From IMG/VR virus record IMGVR_UViG_3300032235_000792: 64,000 nucleotides of DNA. One strand, 5' to 3'. Positions 47,083 to 57,743 of the stretch are shown one piece after another. A program made the translations under genes and the position numbers. Source of the DNA: a virus. Numbering within the stretch: the first letter of the stretch is position 1; every line of letters starts with the position of its first letter. The notes under the pieces were generated by a model. It did no database searches and had not been told where the DNA came from. It was given only the letters and a program-made list of their open reading frames with translations.

Positions 47083-48201
47083 ATGAAAAAGCTATTAGAA
47101 TTAGAAAAAAGACTTAGAGAAGCTAAGCAAGAGCTTGAGAAAGCAAAATCAGATAAAGGCTTATCTAACGATGAAAAGATAGCAGCAAGACAAGAAAGAA
47201 ATGTCCGCACTCCAAGTAAGAATAAGAAGACTATGGTTGGTTCTCCAAAAGAAACTAAAATGCCAGAGCAAACTTTCTTATCTGGCATGAAAGAGATAAT
47301 TGAAGAAGAGAAGAAAAAACCTCAAGAAAAATTAGCAGCTTCTCTAGAAGGTAGAGCTTCAGAGAATGAAGAATTATCTAAGACTTTAGATGAGACTATC
47401 GATAGACTGTTAGAGAAAACATCAGGTCTTAATAAGATCATGTCTTCTGGAACAACTCAGGCTGGAAGCGTTAATTCGACTGGCGGTTCATCTCTTGCAT
47501 CTCAGATCGGATTTGGTAAAGGCGAAGATAAGAAATTAGTCGGTGGTCAAAAAGAACTAGATGCAGATAAAGATGGCGATATCGAAGCTGATGATCTAGC
47601 TGCCTTAAGAGAAAAAAAGAAGAAGATGGATAAGGCCGAACACGAAGACGAGAAAGAAGACAAGGAGCTTATAGCTGAGGCACTAGATCGTCACAATGAA
47701 AAAAAGCATGGTGAAAAGAAAAGTGTTGATTCTGCTAAAAAAGAAATATTCAAAACTTTAGCTAATGGTCAATGGTCTATGCATAAAGCAGACGACATTG
47801 AGACTATGTTTCCAGCTTCTAAAAACTTTCCTAAAGAAAAGCCTGCTAAAGAAGCTAAAGAGCCAAAAGAAGATCAGCCAAAGATAGAGACAGAGGAAAT
47901 GTTCCCTGAATCTAAGAGATTCCCTAAAGAAGGCGAAAAGAAACTAAGTAAAGGTCTTGGCGCTAAGCTAGAAGAAAGCTCATGGAGAAGAGGAAAAGAC
48001 AAGTCTATGGCAACTAGACAGCCAGCAAAAGTTACAGATGTAAAATCTGGTGAAACTAAGATGGTTTCTCCAGGTGAGCAAGTCACTCAAGCAAAGGTTG
48101 CTAGAGCTTCAAGTAAGTCTGAGGCAAAAATGAAAGGTGAAGCTGCTGCAGCAGCTAGGCGTGCCAAAATGAAATCAGAGGCCGCAGCCGAAAAAAAATA
48201 A
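47083..48201 (+). CDS. highly charged protein with EF-hand-like motif, putative internal head protein
   Basis: K/E-rich, DADKDGDIEADD, repeated LxK(A/S/T/G); start re-called to MKKLLE after GAGGA. Confidence 0.6.
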   Translation: MKKLLELEKRLREAKQELEKAKSDKGLSNDEKIAARQERNVRTPSKNKKTMVGSPKETKMPEQTFLSGMKEIIEEEKKKPQEKLAASLEGRASENEELSKTLDETIDRLLEKTSGLNKIMSSGTTQAGSVNSTGGSSLASQIGFGKGEDKKLVGGQKELDADKDGDIEADDLAALREKKKKMDKAEHEDEKEDKELIAEALDRHNEKKHGEKKSVDSAKKEIFKTLANGQWSMHKADDIETMFPASKNFPKEKPAKEAKEPKEDQPKIETEEMFPESKRFPKEGEKKLSKGLGAKLEESSWRRGKDKSMATRQPAKVTDVKSGETKMVSPGEQVTQAKVARASSKSEAKMKGEAAAAARRAKMKSEAAAEKK

Positions 48202-48210
48202 GAAACCTTA

Positions 48211-48238
48211 AAACCCTCTTTTCAGAGGGTTTTTTGTT
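48211..48238 (+). terminator. intrinsic terminator
   Basis: AAACCCTCT-TTTC-AGAGGGTTT-TTTG. Confidence 0.8.
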
Positions 48239-48325
48239 TAGCCCCATAAATGATACAATATATTTGGTTACATAAGTAACCGTTAAAAAATTCTAGGTAA
48301 GTGGAACCGAACCACAAGGAGATTT

Positions 48326-48853
48326 ATGTCAGGATTAAAACCGTCTTTTGTAACAGGTGCAAATGCTAAGATTAAGCTTGCAGGAAAGACAATGGCTTAC
48401 GCACAAGATGTTAGCTATGCAGTTACAGTTTCTACAATCCCTGTTGAGACCATGGGTCGATATGAGGTTGTTAATCATGAGCCAGTTGCTTATTTCGTAG
48501 AAGGAACTCTATCAGTTGTTAGATATACTAAGAACAGTTCTGCTATGGCAGGATCATCAGATGACGGCAACTCTACTAATAAATGGGGCGGTGCTACTGA
48601 TTCCATTGGCAAACCTGACCTAATGTTTAATCCAGGTCGACTAACTGCTTCTTCTACATTTGATGTAGATATATTTCAAAAAGGTACAGCAGAAGACATA
48701 AGTGTTGTAAAATTAAGAGACTGCAGATTCACTAGTAAAGGTGGTCAGCTAGATAAGCGTGGAATCTTAGTTGAAAGATTCGCATTTAACGCAATATACC
48801 TAGATGACGAAGGTACTTCTGTAAGCGGATCTGGAGATGAGGATCTAGCTTAA
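48326..48853 (+). CDS. tail tube protein (paralogue 1)
   Basis: 175 aa beta-rich; MSGLKPSFVTGANAKIK; downstream of sheath. Confidence 0.7.
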   Translation: MSGLKPSFVTGANAKIKLAGKTMAYAQDVSYAVTVSTIPVETMGRYEVVNHEPVAYFVEGTLSVVRYTKNSSAMAGSSDDGNSTNKWGGATDSIGKPDLMFNPGRLTASSTFDVDIFQKGTAEDISVVKLRDCRFTSKGGQLDKRGILVERFAFNAIYLDDEGTSVSGSGDEDLA

Positions 48854-48870
48854 TAAGCGAAAGGGCGTAG

Positions 48871-49422
48871 ATGTCCGGCAAAAAACCATTGTTTTTAACT
48901 GGTGCAAATGCCAAGATCAAAGTTAACGGCGTGACCTTGGCATATGCAGTAGATTTAAGTTATTCAATAAGAGTGGAGCATGCTACCCCGACTGTGTTGG
49001 GAATGTATGAGGCCAGTTCAGTTGAGCCTATAAGCTATTCTGTAACTGGTACATTCACTGTTGTTAGGTATGTGGCTGAAATGCATCAAAAAACTGGCGG
49101 AAACGCTGGTACCTCTAAAAAGGGAAACGGTGCTGGAACTTGGGGCGGAGATGCCGGTCTACTAAAGACGACTGGTAGAGCCTATGAAAGCTTTGTTCCT
49201 TCTAAGCTAAGCACATCTTCTTCGTTCTCAATAGAGATATTTCAGAAATACAACGGTGGCTCTATGCCTGTAGCCAAAATAAGAGACGCACGCATAACTG
49301 CCAGCGATTTTCAAATTGACAAGAAGAGCACTGCAATGCAGAGATTCTCTTTTACTGCCCTTTATGCAGACGAGGACAGCTTTATCGCTGACTTCTCTGG
49401 TGATGGCCAACAATTCTCATAG
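48871..49422 (+). CDS. tail tube protein (paralogue 2)
   Basis: MSGKKPLFLTGANAKIK; aligns end-to-end with paralogue 1. Confidence 0.7.
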   Translation: MSGKKPLFLTGANAKIKVNGVTLAYAVDLSYSIRVEHATPTVLGMYEASSVEPISYSVTGTFTVVRYVAEMHQKTGGNAGTSKKGNGAGTWGGDAGLLKTTGRAYESFVPSKLSTSSSFSIEIFQKYNGGSMPVAKIRDARITASDFQIDKKSTAMQRFSFTALYADEDSFIADFSGDGQQFS

Positions 49423-49429
49423 GTGAAGT

Positions 49430-49951
49430 ATGTCTGGAGAAAATAAGTTAGAGTCAGGTAGCGGTCTTAATTTAGCAGACAATCTAGCCTCTAATCTTGG
49501 TGTGTTTTCTATAAAACCTATAGCTAAGTACTTAAGTGGTGCAAGATGTACTCTTAAGGTTGGCGGTAGGATCATAGGGTTTGCTTTCTCTGTATCTTGG
49601 ACTGTAGAGACCAAAGTGACAGAAATACTAACTATAGACAACTATGAACCTCACGAGTTAGCACCATCTCGTATAGATGTTCACGGAAGTATATCTGGAT
49701 TTAGGATTCCGGGATCTGGTCCTGGGCAGCTATATATGCAATCAGATGTATTAAACTTCTTACATCAGCCATACATTGAAATAGAGGTTAGAGATTCTCA
49801 GACTGATGAGATTATCTTCATGACTAAGAGAGCAATGATAACAAATAGACAAGAAGCCATAAAAACTAATAGCTTAGCTGAATTAACTTTACAGTTTAAG
49901 GCAATAGGCTTTAGAGACGAGTTGACGCCAGAACCACCTAAAACATTGTAA
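49430..49951 (+). CDS. tail tube-like protein (paralogue 3)
   Basis: YLSGARCTLKVGG.IIGFA.SVSW.V...I.TID.YE..E aligns with the other two. Confidence 0.6.
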   Translation: MSGENKLESGSGLNLADNLASNLGVFSIKPIAKYLSGARCTLKVGGRIIGFAFSVSWTVETKVTEILTIDNYEPHELAPSRIDVHGSISGFRIPGSGPGQLYMQSDVLNFLHQPYIEIEVRDSQTDEIIFMTKRAMITNRQEAIKTNSLAELTLQFKAIGFRDELTPEPPKTL

Positions 49952-50009
49952 GTATATAAATTATATTTTGATACTCTTGGTATAATGTCCTTAAATATAA
50001 GGAGCTACA

Positions 50010-50384
50010 ATGGATCTTCCTAAAAATGAAAAATCTTTCGCACTAGATCATATTGGACAAACAACTGGCAAGAAATATCAAGGTACATTTACAGTTAAAT
50101 GTGCTTTAAGCATGGCAGATAAAAGAAAGCTAGAAATTGAAAAAACTAGTCTTTCTGCTGACTTCAATAACCCAACTGCAGAACTCGCTGCAATCTCATC
50201 AATTATTGCAAATCTAAGAGTTAAAGTTATAGATGGCCCAGACTGGTTTAAACAATCTATTAGAAGTCTAGACATCCTAGACGAGGATGTATATCTAGAG
50301 ATTTTCGATAAATGCTTTGAAAAAAGCGAAGAATGGCTAAATGAAGTTAAAGCCAAATCTTTAGGTGAAGAAGTGGGAAACTAG
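50010..50384 (+). CDS. tail assembly chaperone (gpG-like)
   Basis: between tube and tape measure; ends in slippery G-GGA-AAC-TAG. Confidence 0.75.
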   Translation: MDLPKNEKSFALDHIGQTTGKKYQGTFTVKCALSMADKRKLEIEKTSLSADFNNPTAELAAISSIIANLRVKVIDGPDWFKQSIRSLDILDEDVYLEIFDKCFEKSEEWLNEVKAKSLGEEVGN

Positions 50385-50830
50385 AGGCCGGTGAACTAGA
50401 CCGGCTATCGATCCTAGATGCCATAAAAGACATAACAGACAAAGCAGCAAAAACGCCAATAGACGATGAACGATCTACTGAATTGTATTTACGTAGTTGG
50501 TGGTCTAAATTTTACAATAAACCCCTCAAAGATCCTATCCTAGATCAATACACTGTCTATGAGCTAATGTATGAATTTTACGATAAAATATCACGTAAAG
50601 TTGCAGAAGAAGAAAGAGCTGGGCAAGAAGCTGATAAAATAGAAGATAAGAAAATAGATGACACACTTAAGTGGATCGAAGAGGAAGAGCGCAAGGAGCA
50701 AGAACTGAGCGCTAAGAAGTCAAGTGATGCACCTAAAGAGTCTTCTGTAGACGACGAAAAATGGATGCTGGAGCAGCTTAAGAAGCAGCACGGTGATGAC
50801 TTTGGGGAAGACATAGATCTTAAATTTTAG
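50375..50830 (+). CDS. -1 frameshift extension of tail chaperone (gpT-like)
   Basis: the -1 frame is open from GGG at 50375 through the 50483-50830 ORF. Confidence 0.75.
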   Translation, partial: GKLEAGELDRLSILDAIKDITDKAAKTPIDDERSTELYLRSWWSKFYNKPLKDPILDQYTVYELMYEFYDKISRKVAEEERAGQEADKIEDKKIDDTLKWIEEEERKEQELSAKKSSDAPKESSVDDEKWMLEQLKKQHGDDFGEDIDLKF

Positions 50831-50837
50831 GTAAATT

Positions 50838-53690
50838 ATGGCAGACGAAAATAAGAGCAATCGACCAGTTAACTCATCTGAAAAACCTGTAAATAAAATT
50901 TACGAGACAACTGCCGAATCAATAGAGAGAAGCTTGGTTGCAGGACTTGAGACTGCGCATCAAGACGTAGAAGAGAATATTCGGAAAAAGGGTATAGTAA
51001 ATCCGCAACAGCAAAGAATGATGAGAGCTCAGGCTCACGGTGCAGAAAAGAAAAAAGCGTCAAGATTACTAAATACGTTAGCATCGCCTAGCAGAATACA
51101 AAGTGAAGTGGCAACCCTAGCTCACCAAGAGGCAACCAGAAGAAATGTGTCTGGTTCGTCATTGATGGGTATGTCAGACTATCTTCTTGAACAAGGCTAT
51201 CAAGAAGATATGCTCCGAGCAAATGAACACAGAATGAAGGTAGCTAATTCAGTTAAAACGGCAAATATAAGCAGCGGTGGGTCTCCTCAGCTAAGCACTG
51301 CTTATCGCGAAGATTTAGCGGCGGGTGGATTTTACGCACAAGAAGCCGCTAAGAAAAAAGCAGCAATTAATGAGAGAAGAAGAACCGGCATAAGTGATGT
51401 TAAAGTTGAATCTGCAATACAAGAAACACGAGATAGACGATCTGTCTTTACGCAAGATGAAGCCCTTAAGCGGCAGATTAGTGAGAACAAGTTATCAAGA
51501 AAAGATCTTGAGTCTCAGTATGAATCAACATATTCGAAATTTGAAAAAATGGAGCGAGGGCGAGGTAAGTTAGCAACTCGCGCAGAGCAAATAATGGCAG
51601 AAAAGTCATTAAGAGAACAGGCGCTAAATCAAACTGTCGAAGAGCAGAAGATGTTACACGGCGGTAACAAGAGCGCTGCAGACATAATAAAAGATTCTCC
51701 TGCTTTACAGGCTGCACAGAAAGAGATTGAAAAACTAGAGAAAAATTTAGAAAGTGTTGGTAAGGCTGCAGCAAATGCAGATAAAGAATTACTTGGATAC
51801 AATCAAGAGCTCTCTAAACAAGAAAGAATGCTTAAGTCAATGCCAAGAGGCGGAGTTGGTGGATTCATGCAAGGTGGTGGCGGTGATGCTATCATAGAAG
51901 CCATGGGTACTGCATCTCAATTATATAGAAGCCAAATGGTTGGCGTGCCAATGCGCGAAGAGAGAGCAAAAGCCGGTATTGCTAATTTAGCGTTAAGTAG
52001 ATATAATAGACAGTTTGCAGCCACGCAAGGTGACATGGGTGCTTACTATGAGATATTGCAAGACAGAGGCGGTGCAGAAGCTTTTGGTAAACAAATGGAG
52101 CTGCGTGGAAAAATTTCAAGTGGAACAGAGGCGACTCTGAACGTTGCAGAAGGACTGCACGGCGTACTAGGTGTAGCTATGGGCAGCGGAGACACGAGTA
52201 AGTCTATGGCTGGAATAGCGAAAATGTTTTCCAAAGGTACTCAAGCAGGTGCTGCGGCAGTTAGAGGCGTTAATGAAAATGCGGTTGTCGGTGCAGAAAC
52301 TAAACTAGAAGCAATACTCACAAGAGATCAATATAACGCTGCTGTAGCCGCAATAAGAAGTCAAGGTGGTCAAGCTTTATACAACCAAGCAATGGGTGCG
52401 GCAAACATATCTGTTGGGTCAGGTAATGCGGCTGCACTTGAAGAAAAATTAAGCAGTATTAGTGGAATGCAGGACGCCGTTACTAGGGGAAACCTATCAC
52501 CTGAAGAATATAGACAAGTAACTGCTCAAGTTGGTCAGTCAGTATACGGTGCAAATCAAGATCGTGCAGACATAGCCATAAGAGCTGGCGAAATGCAGAA
52601 AAAAAGGGTAATGTCAACTGATCAATTTACTCAAGCTATGGGTATACAATCTGCAGCGGGTGGATCAGTTGGTGGCTTAGAGTCTACATTAAAAAGAGCA
52701 GTTGCAGCCGGTGTTAACGACTCTAAATTATTAGTTGAATTTGTTCAACTAAGCTCAAACTTAAATCAGAGCTTAACTGATATGGGTACAAGTGCAGAAA
52801 ATCATACTGCATATTCAAATAAAGTACAGCAGATGAAAGAAGCAGGCGTAAGTGAGGTCTTAGCGACAAGATCCGCGGCTTCTCAAATTGGAGCAATTGA
52901 CGCGATGCTTAGAGATACCTCGATAAATGAGGGATCTATTTTAAAAGCTGGTGTAATACAGAAAGCGCTTGGCCCTGGAGCCACAGACCTTGAAAGAATG
53001 TACTTGCAAAAAGCAGATACAGCACAATTGTCAATGCTAACAAAAGATACATTGACGGCAGAAGAGCGCCAATCACTTTCTCCAGTACAAAAAAGCATAA
53101 GAACTAAATTTGAGAAAGATCTACAAGCTTCACAAGGGTATGCAGCAGAGATGACGAACATTGCAGCAATGAGTGCTGCTGGTACTCTGTTCATGCAAGG
53201 TGCACCGGATGCAATGCAGGCAACACAGATCATGCTCAACCAGCGAGACACTAAGGAAAGGAACATAGTCAATTATAACGGTAAAACATCCGGTGCAGAT
53301 TTTAAAGATCAATCTGGTAAAGCGGAAGAAAGAGGACAAGATCAGGCTCAAGCAGCACTTAATCAAATAGTGCAAGCAGCTAAAGCATTAGGTGGAGTTA
53401 AGGAGACGTTCAGCGCGATAACAGATAGTTTAAAAATAATAACTGCAAATCTAGATTCAAATAAAGCAGCAACTGCTGCTCAAACAGATGCTGCAAATCT
53501 TCAAGCAAATGGTGTATTCAAGGCAGCAACAGATAAATTTGCAGCAGCTGTAGATCAAATGCAAACAAAGATGGGGATTACACCTGCTGAGAAAGCTGCA
53601 GTTGATAATACCAATAAGAATCCAGGTCTTGGATTTGAAAAATCTAAAGGCTCTAAGACCAATAATGGATTAAGATGGGGTAGCGGTTGA
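50838..53690 (+). CDS. tape measure protein
   Basis: 950 aa, Ala/Gln/Gly-rich helical, directly after chaperone pair. Confidence 0.8.
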   Translation: MADENKSNRPVNSSEKPVNKIYETTAESIERSLVAGLETAHQDVEENIRKKGIVNPQQQRMMRAQAHGAEKKKASRLLNTLASPSRIQSEVATLAHQEATRRNVSGSSLMGMSDYLLEQGYQEDMLRANEHRMKVANSVKTANISSGGSPQLSTAYREDLAAGGFYAQEAAKKKAAINERRRTGISDVKVESAIQETRDRRSVFTQDEALKRQISENKLSRKDLESQYESTYSKFEKMERGRGKLATRAEQIMAEKSLREQALNQTVEEQKMLHGGNKSAADIIKDSPALQAAQKEIEKLEKNLESVGKAAANADKELLGYNQELSKQERMLKSMPRGGVGGFMQGGGGDAIIEAMGTASQLYRSQMVGVPMREERAKAGIANLALSRYNRQFAATQGDMGAYYEILQDRGGAEAFGKQMELRGKISSGTEATLNVAEGLHGVLGVAMGSGDTSKSMAGIAKMFSKGTQAGAAAVRGVNENAVVGAETKLEAILTRDQYNAAVAAIRSQGGQALYNQAMGAANISVGSGNAAALEEKLSSISGMQDAVTRGNLSPEEYRQVTAQVGQSVYGANQDRADIAIRAGEMQKKRVMSTDQFTQAMGIQSAAGGSVGGLESTLKRAVAAGVNDSKLLVEFVQLSSNLNQSLTDMGTSAENHTAYSNKVQQMKEAGVSEVLATRSAASQIGAIDAMLRDTSINEGSILKAGVIQKALGPGATDLERMYLQKADTAQLSMLTKDTLTAEERQSLSPVQKSIRTKFEKDLQASQGYAAEMTNIAAMSAAGTLFMQGAPDAMQATQIMLNQRDTKERNIVNYNGKTSGADFKDQSGKAEERGQDQAQAALNQIVQAAKALGGVKETFSAITDSLKIITANLDSNKAATAAQTDAANLQANGVFKAATDKFAAAVDQMQTKMGITPAEKAAVDNTNKNPGLGFEKSKGSKTNNGLRWGSG

Positions 53691-55624
53691 TAACTAATCC
53701 AAATGCTGCAGTTATAATTTACAGCTATAGAGACAGACTTGGTTCTGAAAAAATAACCAATGATAATTCTGTGAGTGAAAACGAGGCAGAAGAGATGATT
53801 ATAACAACAGAACTTATTTCTGTAAGAACTAATAAGGTAAAATCTGCGCCCGCTGGTAATTTTGAAATACAACTTGCTCCATCTACAAACTGGATAACGG
53901 CCATAACTCCGGGTAGTTGGTGCGTTATTTTAATGAGCAGAGACGGTATAGACATACCAAGCACATCAAGCTCTTCAAGGTCTAGTGCAGCGAATACACA
54001 AAACGACAATGCTGTTGCAGGCCTGCAACAGCAGTCAGACAGTCCTAACATAGTAAAACAATCAGAGCTTAGAATGGTGGGTCGCATTGATAGTGTTAGG
54101 TTATCATCGCTCGTTTCTCAAGATGGTACTATAAGCAGTGCATATATAGTGACCGGAGTAGACTGGGGTTCTATTTTTGATAGTTATTTCTATTTAGATC
54201 AAATATATAAAACTAATTTCGACAACAGAGATGGCGGAATAATCTTAAGTAAGATATATGAAACCTACATGGCGCATGGAAGTGTAGGTAAAAAAAATAT
54301 AAAAAACAAAGACGCACAAAATTCAAGCAGTAAAGAAGAAGAACTGGTACCGCCAATAGAAAATTGGACGACAACGGCGACAATGAAAAAATTGCTGCTA
54401 ATTTGGGGCAATAGCGAAAAATTTGCCTCCCAGAGCAAAGAGGGAAGCCCGACTGCAAATCTTTTAAGTAAAGCGCTTAATCAATTTTCAATACCTGAAA
54501 AATTAGCGAGGTATCTTGGATTTGTACAAGACGGTAATGTGATAACGGCGATGTCGGAGTTAATAAAATTTAGAGGTGGCGTCCTTGTTGATAAAGATAC
54601 TTATAGCGATAAGGACGACGTATCTGATTTATCTCATAGTGATGGTGTTTGCTATTTACAGGCACAGAACTTATTTTCAATGAACACAGTGTGGCAAATA
54701 TTGGCCGCGCACTCTAATCCTACACTCAATGAAATGATATGTGATATTAGGTTTGAAGATGGCAAGCCTAACTTTACTTTATATAAAAGAGTAAAACCAT
54801 TCTCAATAAGAGACCCAAACTCTTTACCACAAGATGAAGTCTTTTTTAAAGAAACAGATGACCACAAGACGGCAAGAGAGAACTCCAGAAGTTATGCTAA
54901 GAGTTTGTTATCTAACTTTAAAAACGTTAGAAGAGTAGACATTGACATAGAAGATGTAATATCGATAAACGCGGGAACAAATTGGAAAGACAGGGTAAAT
55001 TTTATAGAAGTTAGATCCGGCAGATCAGAGCCATTTTTTCAGATGGTGGGAATATGGAACAGGACCGATTTTCAAATATTCGACTCTGGATCCGTGAGGC
55101 GCGATGGGCTGCTACCTATGGTTGGGGAAGTCTTCAATATGCCATTCACTGTAGATAGAAAAGGTGTTGACTACAACAACATAGCAGCATATAAATATTT
55201 ACTAAGAGAGTGGTTTTTCGATACACATAAAATGTTAAATGGGGCTATAAGTACAATTGGCCAAGACCAGTATATTCAGGTTGGCGATAACATACTAGTA
55301 CCAGCCAAGGCTCTTGGGGCAAGTTACAACTACAGCAGTAAAGAGAATGAAGAGTATCTTGCTGGTCAAGACTTGTACTTACTTGCACATGTAGAATCAA
55401 TAAGCCATAACGCACTAGTTGATCCTAATGGCGCCAGATCTTTCATCACAGATATCCAGTTTGTGCGAGGTATTATAGTAAGTACTTTTGCACTTGATGG
55501 GGACATCAATATGACTTTAGATCAAGACAGATACAAGATGAACGGATCTTCTATTAATAATTCAGTGACTACATCTAGTTACGCATCGAGCGGTAAAAAA
55601 TCTAGCAGCGATAAGGGTAATTAA
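53687..55624 (+). CDS. putative baseplate hub protein
   Basis: after tape measure; GNFEIQL, GRIDSV, VTGVDWG, HVESISH patterns typical of hub-like proteins. Confidence 0.55.
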   Translation: MITNPNAAVIIYSYRDRLGSEKITNDNSVSENEAEEMIITTELISVRTNKVKSAPAGNFEIQLAPSTNWITAITPGSWCVILMSRDGIDIPSTSSSSRSSAANTQNDNAVAGLQQQSDSPNIVKQSELRMVGRIDSVRLSSLVSQDGTISSAYIVTGVDWGSIFDSYFYLDQIYKTNFDNRDGGIILSKIYETYMAHGSVGKKNIKNKDAQNSSSKEEELVPPIENWTTTATMKKLLLIWGNSEKFASQSKEGSPTANLLSKALNQFSIPEKLARYLGFVQDGNVITAMSELIKFRGGVLVDKDTYSDKDDVSDLSHSDGVCYLQAQNLFSMNTVWQILAAHSNPTLNEMICDIRFEDGKPNFTLYKRVKPFSIRDPNSLPQDEVFFKETDDHKTARENSRSYAKSLLSNFKNVRRVDIDIEDVISINAGTNWKDRVNFIEVRSGRSEPFFQMVGIWNRTDFQIFDSGSVRRDGLLPMVGEVFNMPFTVDRKGVDYNNIAAYKYLLREWFFDTHKMLNGAISTIGQDQYIQVGDNILVPAKALGASYNYSSKENEEYLAGQDLYLLAHVESISHNALVDPNGARSFITDIQFVRGIIVSTFALDGDINMTLDQDRYKMNGSSINNSVTTSSYASSGKKSSSDKGN

Positions 55625-55626
55625 TT

Positions 55627-56724
55627 ATGTACTATACGGTCAGAGATTCATCAGTATTCCAAGATCCTAATAGCTACAGTGCATACAACAATAAAGAAAA
55701 TAGAATAATGGTTGGCACGGTAAGAGAGGAACTGTTTGACAAGGAGTCCAAGCAGACCAAATATCTCGTGGACGTTTGGCTGGACGGAATCACTATGTCG
55801 ATTGTTTGCTCTAACTGCACTAGATTCGGGGGGATTTATAATTATGAGGAGTACACTAGGCAAACATACAAAGTAGACGATAGCAAACGACCAGTCTCCA
55901 ACTCCGTAATTCCTGGTGATCATGTCATTGTCGCTTTCTTAGGCGGAGATGCTAGAGAGGGTGTCATATTAAGCGGATACAAGCACTTTGGTCGACGTGA
56001 GACTATAGATTTTAAAAAAGATTCAGCTAGCTCTCAGTTTTTGAATAGAGAAACTAAAATAGCAGCGACAAAGTATGCAAGTGAATTTAATGGTGTAGAA
56101 AAGATGATAAATGCAGACGGTGAGTATCGTGTGACATTCAAAGGACAGCCTACTAATCTTGCTAATTTAGTAGCAATAGGCGACAAAGAGATACCAAATC
56201 CCCAGTATGATACGTCAATAGGGTCTAGCTATTATGAATTTGATAAAACTGGCTCATACTTCATAACTGACAACTCTAAAGAAAACCCTCAATCAATAAA
56301 AATAGACAAGCAAAATGGTAAAGTTATTATAACATCTGGAAAAACTTCGCTCGTTATAGATAAAAAGGAAGAGTCTTACATCATAACAAATAAGAAAGTA
56401 ACTTTTAACACTGCTACGGAGTGGAATTTAAACACAAAGAGTACGAGTATAAAATCTTCAAATGTAATAATTGCAGAATCTAAAGATATAAAGACGACAG
56501 GTAAGATTACACAAAAAGGTGACGTCCAGATAACTGGAGGAGTTAAGCAGACCGGCAATAATGAGATAACTGGTAACTTAAAAACTACTGGTGAAACACT
56601 TCTAGCTGGTGGCTCTTTTCCGCTTATATATGATATAGTTCTAATACTAGGTGTGGGTAATGCAGGTGCACCTGTTGTAAGCAGCGCGATAGTACTTAAG
56701 ACAGCCCTAACAAAGGCAACGTAG
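55627..56724 (+). CDS. putative baseplate central spike (gpV/gp5-like)
   Basis: OB-like PGDHVIVAFLGGD..GVIL and C-terminal beta-helix repeats (TTGKITQKGDVQITGGVKQTG). Confidence 0.65.
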   Translation: MYYTVRDSSVFQDPNSYSAYNNKENRIMVGTVREELFDKESKQTKYLVDVWLDGITMSIVCSNCTRFGGIYNYEEYTRQTYKVDDSKRPVSNSVIPGDHVIVAFLGGDAREGVILSGYKHFGRRETIDFKKDSASSQFLNRETKIAATKYASEFNGVEKMINADGEYRVTFKGQPTNLANLVAIGDKEIPNPQYDTSIGSSYYEFDKTGSYFITDNSKENPQSIKIDKQNGKVIITSGKTSLVIDKKEESYIITNKKVTFNTATEWNLNTKSTSIKSSNVIIAESKDIKTTGKITQKGDVQITGGVKQTGNNEITGNLKTTGETLLAGGSFPLIYDIVLILGVGNAGAPVVSSAIVLKTALTKAT

Positions 56725-57743
56725 TGTCAATACTAAATACATTAGATGAAGAGATTGCCCGTAGAAAAGCAGCGTCTAAGACGCTAGAGCAAGCTGTTCC
56801 TGATTTAATACAGGCAGAGCAACAATTTAACGCGTTGGACCAGATTCATAGAACAAATGAAAAATCAGCAAGAGATACATTAAATAGTATCTATGGCGAG
56901 AATAAGTTTTATACTGGAAAAATACCTAAGGTTTATTCTTTCACCGAAACAGAAAAGTACCCTTTTTTTGCTGGATCTAGTGATGCCGACTGTAATCCCT
57001 ACTTTCCAATAACAAAAGTTCAAAATAAAACATTTGATGGTATAAGTCCGCTTTATATTCCACCAACTGGTGGAACTGGCGTCTGGAGCAGGGATATAGC
57101 TTTCCCTGGCACAATAGAGTCATCTCTTAGAAATGTTGCACTTCCTGCTATACAGGCGTTTCCTGACTTATCAAACGAAGTAGGTGCTGGTTACTGCTCT
57201 AATCCATCAATCACAACGCAGACTGCTTGCACCGCTGACGGTGGAACGTGGACTACCGAGTACGCAGCTGGATCAACTGCAACAGCCAAACTAAGAAATG
57301 CAGTAACTCCGTGGAGAGATCGAATACAGGAGATGCTGCCAAGCATCTATAATCAACCAGATAACTCTATGTATAATTTTTGGCAAGACATACTGAATAA
57401 GCTAAATGCTATATTAACGGCTGTTCAAGTGGATACTACGTACCCTGGCACAACTCAAGACTTTATTGCTGGCAGTCCAGCAGATACAGCAAGAGATTAC
57501 TTAGTAGCAAATATATCAAGTATAAATACACAAATAACTAATAGAATCAACTATTTAGCCTCAGAAGCGTCAAAGCAAGAGCAGATTTTTTTTGGTGTAA
57601 TTAAGCTTAGGTTGCATCAAGCTAATGGTTCTTTTGCAAAATTAAAGACAATAAAAACTCAGATATCTACCAACAAGTCATTGATAAATGACAATATAGA
57701 AGCCATCAGCTCCTTAAATCTTTTAAAGGTTAAAAATTCTTAG
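56724..57743 (+). CDS. hypothetical virion protein
   Basis: 339 aa, coiled-coil ends, one CSN...AC..DGGTW motif. Confidence 0.5.
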   Translation: MSILNTLDEEIARRKAASKTLEQAVPDLIQAEQQFNALDQIHRTNEKSARDTLNSIYGENKFYTGKIPKVYSFTETEKYPFFAGSSDADCNPYFPITKVQNKTFDGISPLYIPPTGGTGVWSRDIAFPGTIESSLRNVALPAIQAFPDLSNEVGAGYCSNPSITTQTACTADGGTWTTEYAAGSTATAKLRNAVTPWRDRIQEMLPSIYNQPDNSMYNFWQDILNKLNAILTAVQVDTTYPGTTQDFIAGSPADTARDYLVANISSINTQITNRINYLASEASKQEQIFFGVIKLRLHQANGSFAKLKTIKTQISTNKSLINDNIEAISSLNLLKVKNS

